Shown piece after piece: positions 17,014 to 24,726 of a stretch of DNA of 64,000 nt. The first letter of the stretch is position 1, and each line of letters starts with the position of its first letter. Origin of the DNA: Candidatus Eiseniibacteriota bacterium (GTDB lineage: Bacteria; Eisenbacteria; RBG-16-71-46); the NCBI GenBank assembly GCA_963744995.1, contig CAVUWA010000010.1, forward strand, positions 544,001 through 608,000. Direction: 5' to 3'. The notes beneath the pieces were generated by a model that was not told where the DNA came from, ran no database searches, and saw only the letters and a program-made list of their open reading frames with translations. Both the position numbers and the translations under genes were made by a program.

Positions 17014-18776
17014 CGACATCATCCAGTTCCCAGGGCCGCGGCGTCGCGGCCCCCATCGCGCCCGTTCAGGACGCGCTGGCCCTCGCCCTCGTCGGCAGTG
17101 GCGGCGACGGCGTGGCCCTGCTCGGTGACCTGCTGCTGCAGATGGCGGCGGCGCAGGGCCTCTACGGCGTGATGGTGCAGTCCTACGGCCCGCAGATCCG
17201 GGGCGGCGAGTCCGCGGCGGTGCTGCGCCTCGCGACGCACGAGATTCAGTACGAAGGCGACACCGCGGACGTGCTGCTCTGCTTCCGCACGAGCGATCTC
17301 GCCCGTTTCAGGGGGGCCTTCGAGCTGCATGCGGAGAGCACGCTGGTGCTCGACGCCGCCGAAGAGGGCGGGCTGCCCGACTGGCTCGGCCATGCCGGCA
17401 CCCGCGAGTTCCGCTATCCCTTCACGAAGGTCGAGAACGGCGTCGCGGTCGCGGGCCCGCCGCGCAACATGCTCGCGCTCGGCTTGCTCGCGCGCATGCT
17501 GGGCTGGCCGGTCGAGCTCGCACACGAGGCCGTGCGCGAGCGCTTCGGCCATCGTCCCGAGGTCGTCGAGCGCAACCTCGCCGCGCTCGCGCAGGGCTTC
17601 GCCACGACCGACGCGCCCGCGCTGCCGCGGCTCGCGACCCGTGCCGCCGGGCGCTGGATCGAGACCGGCAACGAAGCCATGGCCCGCGGCGCGATCGAGG
17701 CGGGCCTCCAGTTCTTCGCCGGCTATCCGATCACGCCCTCCTCCGAGATCATGGAGACCCTGATCGACGAGCTGCCGGCGGCCGGCGGCCGGCTCGTGCA
17801 GGCCGAGGACGAGATCGCGGCACTCGGCATGGTGATCGGCGCGAGCTTCGGCGGCGTGCCGGCGATGACCGCCACCAGCGGACCCGGCCTGTCGTTGATG
17901 ACCGAAATGATGGGGCTCTCCAGCATGGCCGAGTTGCCGGCGATCGTCGTCGACGCCCAGCGCGCCGGGCCTGCGACCGGCATGCCGTCACGCACCGAGC
18001 AGTCGGATCTCTATCATGCCGTGTTCGGCGGCCATGGCGACTTCCCGCGCGCCGTGCTCGGCGCGTTCGACGTCGTGCACGGACGCGAGGTGATGCACCG
18101 GGCGCTGCGCCTGTCGGAGACCTATCAGCTGCCCGTGCTCGTGCTGTCGGACGCCTACATCGCGCAGCGGCGCCAGATCCGCGACCTGCCGGGGCCGGTG
18201 GACGCCGCGCTGCGCCCGGCCCGGCGTCAGTGGGTGCCGGGGGACAGTCCGGCGCGCTTCGATCTCGACACGCTGCACGGCGTCAACCCCTTCCGAGTTC
18301 CCGGCACGAAGGACGCCATGTACCAGGCCGCCGGCATCGAACACACCGCGGCAGGCGACCCGACTTCGGATACCGAGTTGCATCAGGAGATGAACCGCAA
18401 ACGCTTCAAGAAGCTCGACGCGATCGCGGAAGAGACCGCCGGCTGGGTGCGCGTGCTCGGCCGCCCCGATGCGAACAAGGGCCTCGTCGCCTGGGGCAGC
18501 CAGTACGGCATGCTGCGCGAGTGGGTCGAGAAACACCCCGAGTATCGGGTGTTCATGCCGGAGATCATTCACCCGTTCCCGCTCGCGGCGTTCGAGACAT
18601 GGCGTGAAGGGCTCGCCACGTGCGCCGTAGTCGAGCTGAGCTACCAGGGACAGTTCTACCGCTACCTGTCCGGACTGACCGACATGCGCGGTGTGAAGAG
18701 CGTGGCGCGCAGCGGCGGCGCACCGCTCAAGCTGAGCGAGCTGCAGACCCTGCTCGCCGAGGAGGCATCGCGATGA
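17010..18776 (+). CDS. korA: 2-oxoacid:ferredoxin oxidoreductase alpha subunit (KorA type, gamma-alpha fusion)
   Basis: GSGGDG, SYGPQIRGGES, GNEAMA, YPITPSSE, QAEDEIAA, TATSGPG, QRAGPATGMPSRTEQSD. Confidence 0.93.
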   Translation: MTTSSSSQGRGVAAPIAPVQDALALALVGSGGDGVALLGDLLLQMAAAQGLYGVMVQSYGPQIRGGESAAVLRLATHEIQYEGDTADVLLCFRTSDLARFRGAFELHAESTLVLDAAEEGGLPDWLGHAGTREFRYPFTKVENGVAVAGPPRNMLALGLLARMLGWPVELAHEAVRERFGHRPEVVERNLAALAQGFATTDAPALPRLATRAAGRWIETGNEAMARGAIEAGLQFFAGYPITPSSEIMETLIDELPAAGGRLVQAEDEIAALGMVIGASFGGVPAMTATSGPGLSLMTEMMGLSSMAELPAIVVDAQRAGPATGMPSRTEQSDLYHAVFGGHGDFPRAVLGAFDVVHGREVMHRALRLSETYQLPVLVLSDAYIAQRRQIRDLPGPVDAALRPARRQWVPGDSPARFDLDTLHGVNPFRVPGTKDAMYQAAGIEHTAAGDPTSDTELHQEMNRKRFKKLDAIAEETAGWVRVLGRPDANKGLVAWGSQYGMLREWVEKHPEYRVFMPEIIHPFPLAAFETWREGLATCAVVELSYQGQFYRYLSGLTDMRGVKSVARSGGAPLKLSELQTLLAEEASR

Positions 18777-19570
18777 CCACCGCCAAGGACTACCGTTCGG
18801 ACCTCAAGCCGGTCTGGTGCTCGGGCTGCGGCGACTACGGCGTGCTGAAGGGGCTCACCCAGGCGCTCGCCGACCTCGACATCGCGCCCGAGAAGCTGGC
18901 GGTGATCTCGGGCATCGGCTGCTCGAGCCGCCTGCCCGGCTACACCCGCTCGTACGCGTTCAACTCGATCCACGGCCGCGCGCTGCCGATCGCGACCGGC
19001 CTCAAGGTCGCGCGTCCCGACATGACCACCGTGGTCGTGGGCGGCGACGGCGACGGGTTCAGCATCGGGCTCGGTCACATTCCGCACGCGATCCGCCGCA
19101 ACGTGGACCTGATGTACGCGGTGCTCGACAACGGCATCTACGGGCTCACCAAAGGCCAGGCGTCGCCGACCACGACCGAGGACTTCAAACGCGACCGCCA
19201 GCTGGCCGGCATCGAGGAGCGGCCGGTCAATCCCGTGCTGCTGGTGCTGAGCTCCGGCTGCGGCTTCGTCGCGCGCACGCATGCCGGCAACCTGAAACAC
19301 GCCCGCGAGATGATGCGCGAGGCGATCCGCTACCCCGGCTTCGCGTTCGTGCACGTGCTCGCCGGCTGCGTGACCTACCAGAAGCCGGCCTACGCCAAGG
19401 TCGTCTACGACATGTGCGACATGCTGCCCGAGGACTACGATCCCACCGACTTCTCGGCCGCGGTCGAGGCCACACGCGGCGAGCGGTTCGCGCTCGGCGT
19501 GATCTACCGGCGGCCGGTGGCGCTGGAGGCGGCGGGAGAGACGGCGCCGGTGGCGCAGACCCAGGGCTGA
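18773..19570 (+). CDS. korB: 2-oxoacid:ferredoxin oxidoreductase beta subunit (KorB type)
   Basis: WCSGCGD, SGIGCSS, HGRALP, GGDGD..IG..H, DNGIYGLTKGQASPT, CVTY. Confidence 0.94.
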   Translation: MTTAKDYRSDLKPVWCSGCGDYGVLKGLTQALADLDIAPEKLAVISGIGCSSRLPGYTRSYAFNSIHGRALPIATGLKVARPDMTTVVVGGDGDGFSIGLGHIPHAIRRNVDLMYAVLDNGIYGLTKGQASPTTTEDFKRDRQLAGIEERPVNPVLLVLSSGCGFVARTHAGNLKHAREMMREAIRYPGFAFVHVLAGCVTYQKPAYAKVVYDMCDMLPEDYDPTDFSAAVEATRGERFALGVIYRRPVALEAAGETAPVAQTQG

Positions 19571-19878
19571 TCCAAAAGCCCGGGGCCGACCTGACAGTCC
19601 GTCTGCCAGATCGGACGAATCGGCCGCGGGCGCCGCGGGCCCCGACCGCACAACGTGCGGCTGGACCCTGCGTTACGCCTTCGATTCGAAGCTGACTTTC
19701 TGGCCCGTTTCCTGCCATCTGTCACGAGTGCTCCGCCGGCGCGACGTCTCGCGGTCGCGCACAGCAGCGGGCCGTTCTGATGCTGCGCACGATCCCTCGT
19801 GCGAAAACTGGTCGCTCCCCCGAATGCGGGTGCTCCCCTGCACCCGCCCGCCCTTCACGGGCGCTGGAGGATGCCGTC

Positions 19879-22011
19879 ATGTCTCCACTACCGAGACGGC
19901 TCTGCCTGATCGTATCGCTCGCCGTCGCCTCGTTCATGTTTGCGTTGCCGGCACCCGCGCAGCCCCTGCTGGATCCGCTCACCCATCCCAAGTTCCTCGA
20001 TCCCGTTCCCGTGCCGGGGGTCATCGACGCGACGACACCGCAGCACTTCGAGATGCAGATGAACGAGACCGTGCAGTGGCTCGGACTCCGTGACGTCGGC
20101 AACGGCAACGCACCGCTGATGACCACGGTCTGGGGTTACGGCCTCGCCGGTCAGGCGGTGACCTATCCGGGTCCCACGTTCGTCGCGAAGGAGCACGTCC
20201 CGATCACGGTCACCTGGAATAACAACCTGCCGCCCTACAACAGCGGCTTCCCGGGCCTCGGCGGCCACCTGCTGCCGGTGGACCCGACACTCCACATGGC
20301 GCGCCCGGTGCTGGGCGGCATCCCGACCGTGGCGCACCTGCACGGCGGCCACACCGAATCGGCGAGCGACGGTCTCCCGGAGGCCTGGTACACGCAGGGC
20401 TTCGCGGAAACCGGCCCCCAGTTCGTGAAACAGGTCTACACGTACGACAACGACCAGGTCGCCGGGACGCTCTGGTACCACGATCACGCGCTCGGCATCA
20501 CGCGGCTGAACGTCTACGCCGGCCTCGCCGGCTTCTATCTCCTGCGGGACAACAACGAGCTGCGGCTGCTGCGGCAGAACGTCCTGCCGCAGGGTCCCTA
20601 TGAGCTGGGGCTCGCGATTCAGGACCGGATGTTCACCGCGGACGGCCAGTTGTTCTACCCGTCGACGGACCCCGACATCGAGCCGGGATTCGACCCGCTG
20701 CCGCCCGGTCCGAGCGCGATCGCCGAGTTCTTCGGCGACTTCATCCTGGTGAACGGCAAGGTGTGGCCGCATCTCGAGGTCGAGCCGCGCAAGTATCGCC
20801 TGCGCCTGCTGAACGGATCCGACTCGCGCTTCTATCTGTTCGAGTTTCGCGACGCGCTGACGGGCGGTACCGCGCGGCCGTTCCTCCAGATCGGCACCGA
20901 TGACGGTCTGTTGGAGCATCCCGTGGCGCTGGAGCGGCTCCTGCTGTCCCCGGGGGAGCGTGCCGACCTCGTGGTCGACTTCTCGGGGCTCGCCGACGGT
21001 GCGGCGGTCTACATGCGCAACTTCGGCCCCGATGAGCCCTTCAAGGGTTTCAACGAGGACGGCACCATGAGCGACGGCGCGGACGGCGCGCTGCCGCCGG
21101 CCGACCCGGCCACCACCGGGCAGATCATGAAGTTCGTCGTCCAGGTGCCCGACGCGATGCTTCCTGATGCCTCCGTCGCCATCGGCACGCGCCTGCGCCC
21201 GAACTTGTCGCCGCTCCAGCAGCACGGTGCCACGCGACAGCTCGCTCTGTTCGAGGGCCGGGACGAGTACGGCCGTCTGCAGCCGTTGCTCGGCACGCTC
21301 GCCGAAGGTTCGCTCGCCTGGTTCGAACCGATCACCGAGAACCCGATGGTGAACGACGTCGAGGTCTGGGAGGTATACAACGCCACCGAGGATGCGCACC
21401 CGATCCATCTGCACCTGGTCGCGTTCCAGATTCTGGATCGCCGGGCGTTCGAGGGCGAGGTGAGCGAGAAGCCGCAGGTGCAGCACGACGGCAGTATCGG
21501 CGTCGGCGGCACGTTGGAGGTCACGGAACTCGACGACGACGCGCGCGCCCCCGAGCCCAACGAGCGCGGCTGGAAGGACACCGCCGTCATGAATCCCCAC
21601 GAAGTCACGCGCGTGATCGCGAAGTTCGATCGCGCCGGCCGCTACGTCTGGCACTGCCACATCCTCTCGCACGAGGACCACGAGATGATGCGGCCCTACG
21701 AGGTGCTGCCGCGCGGCGGTCATGCGGAACTCGTGGAACAGCCGCCCGTTTCGGGCGGCTTCTACGTCTACGCGCGGGGAACGGACCTTCAGTTCGCGAT
21801 CGATCGCCAGGGGCCGGTGCGCATTCGCATCTTCAACGTGCTCGGCCAGCAGGTCCGCGACCTCGGCACCGCGTCCTTCCCCGCCGGCACCCACCACGTG
21901 GCCTGGGACGGCCGTGACGCCTCCGGCAGGCAGGCGCCGAGCGGCGTGTATTTCTATCGCGTCGAGGCCGGCGAGCGCGCCGCCGCGGCGAAGACGGCGA
22001 TCATCCGCTGA
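19879..22011 (+). CDS. Secreted multicopper oxidase (CotA/bilirubin oxidase-like) with C-terminal FlgD-type Ig domain
   Basis: Signal peptide; HLHG, WYHDH, HPIHLH, HCHILSHEDHEMM copper sites; IFNVLGQQVRDL..G.H.VAWDGRDASG..APSGVYFYRV tail. Confidence 0.93.
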   Translation: MSPLPRRLCLIVSLAVASFMFALPAPAQPLLDPLTHPKFLDPVPVPGVIDATTPQHFEMQMNETVQWLGLRDVGNGNAPLMTTVWGYGLAGQAVTYPGPTFVAKEHVPITVTWNNNLPPYNSGFPGLGGHLLPVDPTLHMARPVLGGIPTVAHLHGGHTESASDGLPEAWYTQGFAETGPQFVKQVYTYDNDQVAGTLWYHDHALGITRLNVYAGLAGFYLLRDNNELRLLRQNVLPQGPYELGLAIQDRMFTADGQLFYPSTDPDIEPGFDPLPPGPSAIAEFFGDFILVNGKVWPHLEVEPRKYRLRLLNGSDSRFYLFEFRDALTGGTARPFLQIGTDDGLLEHPVALERLLLSPGERADLVVDFSGLADGAAVYMRNFGPDEPFKGFNEDGTMSDGADGALPPADPATTGQIMKFVVQVPDAMLPDASVAIGTRLRPNLSPLQQHGATRQLALFEGRDEYGRLQPLLGTLAEGSLAWFEPITENPMVNDVEVWEVYNATEDAHPIHLHLVAFQILDRRAFEGEVSEKPQVQHDGSIGVGGTLEVTELDDDARAPEPNERGWKDTAVMNPHEVTRVIAKFDRAGRYVWHCHILSHEDHEMMRPYEVLPRGGHAELVEQPPVSGGFYVYARGTDLQFAIDRQGPVRIRIFNVLGQQVRDLGTASFPAGTHHVAWDGRDASGRQAPSGVYFYRVEAGERAAAAKTAIIR

Positions 22012-22022
22012 ACCCGGGTCGT

Positions 22023-22096
22023 CCGGGAGGAGGCGCCCGCCTCCTCCCGGGCGCGGGGCGTGGAGTCACGGGGTCCGGGCAGGCGCCCGGACCCCG
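22023..22096. terminator. Two perfect 12-bp hairpins between convergent genes (probable terminators)
   Basis: ccgggaggaggc-gccc-gcctcctcccgg (22023-22050) and cggggtccgggc-aggc-gcccggaccccg (22069-22096) followed by tttc. Confidence 0.65.
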
Positions 22097-22119
22097 TTTC
22101 GCGCCCTCGCTGCCTCGCT

Positions 22120-24201
22120 TCACGCGGACCCGAGCAGCCTCAGGATCCTCCAGAGGATGAGACGCAGGACCAGCGCGAGGATCACGCCGAGGATGAGAAC
22201 CATGATCACCGTGGTCCACGGGATCCCCTTCCATCCGTCGTCATCGGGCACGACCTTCTCCAGCGGGCCCGATGCAGGCGGCGTTTCGGCGCGCACGACG
22301 ATCGCGTAATAGACCTTCTGCGCGTACGTCGGGGACGATGACCGGGTGACGTTGACGGTCCACTTGCCCGTGGCGAGCGGCGCCGCCACCGTCGAGACCC
22401 CGGTGTGCGGCGACCAGCCGTCGGCGCTCCCGGGATCGCCCACGGTCGCGCGCTGGAACACGCTGGCTGGGTCGGCGCCGCCGACGCCGACCGATGCATC
22501 CGTCGGATCCAGGATCTCGAGCTCGAGGCGGGAGTGGTCGCCGTCCTCGTCCTCCGGCCACCAGATCGCGGCCTCGATGGCGAAGGCGTCCTCCCACGGC
22601 ACGTCGACCTCGATGGGCTGGGTCTTGGATGCGTCCACTTCGCACGACCCGTACCAGGCCCAGCCGTCCGAAGGCATGCGGATCGGCCCCGCGCCACGGT
22701 CGTCGGCGAGATTCGTTTCACGCCCGGACAGGATCATGAACGCGTATACCAGACCCGGGTCCACCGGCGACTCGTACTGGCTCAGCCAGTTGCGCCACAG
22801 GATCGCCGCGCTCGCGGCATAGGGCGCCGCCCCGCTGGTGCCGGAAAAGAAGGCCAGGTCTCTGCACTCGTCACCGTCGTTGCAATCTTGAATGCCGCCG
22901 GTCCGCGTATCGGTCGGGGCGATGACGTCCGGCTTCTCACGGCCGTCGTCGGTATCCCCGTGGCGGCCGAGCGAGTACGTCCCTCGCCCGGCGTCGACGA
23001 CGTCGTACCCGCCGACGGCGATGACGCGATGCGCCACCGAGGGTGCCGTCACGCCGGTCCCGTTGCCGGCTGCAGCGATCACCACCCGGCCTGCGTCAAA
23101 TGCGTTGTTGCAGTCGCCGATCAACGAAGACTCCGCGGAATTCATGTCGAATTCCATGACCAGTACCGGATCCAGCTCCTTGGCCGCTTCCTCGATGGCG
23201 GCCTTGGCGCCCTCGACGCAGACCCAGAAGGTGCCGCTGTCGTCCAGCCAAAAGACCCGGAAAGAGTGAACCGAAGCCTTCGTGACTCCCTCGTACAGCT
23301 CGTCGATGCTGTCGTTGCCGGTCAGGATCGACATCGTGGACGTGCCGTGCCCTTCCGGCTCGATGATGTCCGATACGATGTCGCCATCGACGCAGCAGCC
23401 GTCCACCACGGCGTCCGATCGCTCGGCGACGCGGTCGGGGTCCAGGTCGCCATCCCGCATCAGCAGCGCGTGGGTATTCACCCCCGTGTCGTAGAGGCCG
23501 ACCCAGCCGTAGTCGAGACCCAGGGACTCGAAGGGCTCCGAGTTGATCTGCCCCTTGGCGACCTGGACCGCATGCTCCTCGGCAGTTGGCATCATCAGCG
23601 ACATCCCGACGGGGGGGAGCGCCCGGATCGATGCCGGCTCGACGTAACGGACCGTGCGTTCGGCCGCCAATCCGGTGACATCACGCAGCTCCATGAGTGC
23701 AACCATCGACTGCGTCAACCAGAAGACGTGAACCGGTCTCCCGTTGTGAAGTATCACGGTCAGCGTATCCTCAGCGACCTGGGGGCCGCGGGCGATACGG
23801 ATGTCGTGAACGAGCATCGCTGCCGTATCCCGTTTCGCGACGTTCACGGGGTCATCGCGGTCGAGCGTAAGGTCGGGATCCGGAAAGCGCGGGATGGTCA
23901 CCGTGTCCCGAAAACTGACGATCAGCCGCACCCGCGTCGTGGCGCTGCTGTCTTGCAGCATCTGCACGAGCTCAGGGGCGATCTTCGATGTCTGCGGAGC
24001 CGCCTGCTGCACGTACGGCGGGTTCTGCTCGGCAGCGTGATCAGGTTTCAGCGGAAACCTGAACATCGCCCCCAAGGTGTCGAGGCTTGCCACACGCGTG
24101 AAGCGTTTCGGCGATGGAGCGCCCTTCGGCAGGCACGCGCCGGCACAGACGGCGAGCGCCAGTGAGAGCACGAGGAGTCCAGTCCGCACGGTTCCGAACA
24201 T
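22120..24201 (-). CDS. S8 subtilisin-family serine peptidase with possible lipobox and C-terminal TM helix
   Basis: Catalytic triad motifs LYDTGV, GHGTS, FSGTSGAAP; oxyanion AAAGN; KPDVIAP; hydrophobic C-terminus. Confidence 0.88.
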   Translation of the reverse strand: MFGTVRTGLLVLSLALAVCAGACLPKGAPSPKRFTRVASLDTLGAMFRFPLKPDHAAEQNPPYVQQAAPQTSKIAPELVQMLQDSSATTRVRLIVSFRDTVTIPRFPDPDLTLDRDDPVNVAKRDTAAMLVHDIRIARGPQVAEDTLTVILHNGRPVHVFWLTQSMVALMELRDVTGLAAERTVRYVEPASIRALPPVGMSLMMPTAEEHAVQVAKGQINSEPFESLGLDYGWVGLYDTGVNTHALLMRDGDLDPDRVAERSDAVVDGCCVDGDIVSDIIEPEGHGTSTMSILTGNDSIDELYEGVTKASVHSFRVFWLDDSGTFWVCVEGAKAAIEEAAKELDPVLVMEFDMNSAESSLIGDCNNAFDAGRVVIAAAGNGTGVTAPSVAHRVIAVGGYDVVDAGRGTYSLGRHGDTDDGREKPDVIAPTDTRTGGIQDCNDGDECRDLAFFSGTSGAAPYAASAAILWRNWLSQYESPVDPGLVYAFMILSGRETNLADDRGAGPIRMPSDGWAWYGSCEVDASKTQPIEVDVPWEDAFAIEAAIWWPEDEDGDHSRLELEILDPTDASVGVGGADPASVFQRATVGDPGSADGWSPHTGVSTVAAPLATGKWTVNVTRSSSPTYAQKVYYAIVVRAETPPASGPLEKVVPDDDGWKGIPWTTVIMVLILGVILALVLRLILWRILRLLGSA

Positions 24202-24306
24202 GCTTCCGCTCCCCGGCCGGGGTGAATCGGACCACCTGCGCCGATGCGCGGCCGTAGCGACCGACGCGGCGGACGGGGGGTATTCACCCCCCCTTCGCAC
24301 GCTTCC

Positions 24307-24708
24307 CTATTCGAACGAGAGCCCGGGCGGATCGGGGAACGAGTCGCCGGACAGCAGATCCGGGCTCATCGAATAGTCGAACCTGCCCGCCAGCTCGCCG
24401 GGTGGAATGTTGAACCACTTGCTCTTCTTGCCCGCCTCCATCGGAATCGGTGTAGGCGCCTCCAAGAACGGCCAGGATGGGAACGTCACCGTGATGCCAC
24501 GATCGGCCTGGTTGTCGAAGCGCACCCGGTTCCAGTCGGAGGACGACAGCGTGATCGCATAGGGCTCGGGAACGCCGCTCTTCTGGATGACGATCGTCAC
24601 GTCCACTTTCTTCGCCTTGGCGGGTTTGTCGGGCTTTTCTCCAGGGAGGATCGTGCTCCCGCCGATCACTGCCCCCCTGCCCTTGCCTCTGCCGGCTTTC
24701 TTCGCCAT
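24307..24708 (-). CDS. Small hypothetical protein with basic N-terminus and beta-rich core
   Basis: GGAGG RBS; protein-like composition; starts 18 nt after the kinase stop. Confidence 0.75.
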   Translation of the reverse strand: MAKKAGRGKGRGAVIGGSTILPGEKPDKPAKAKKVDVTIVIQKSGVPEPYAITLSSSDWNRVRFDNQADRGITVTFPSWPFLEAPTPIPMEAGKKSKWFNIPPGELAGRFDYSMSPDLLSGDSFPDPPGLSFE

Positions 24709-24726
24709 GCGGCACCTCCCGTCCGG

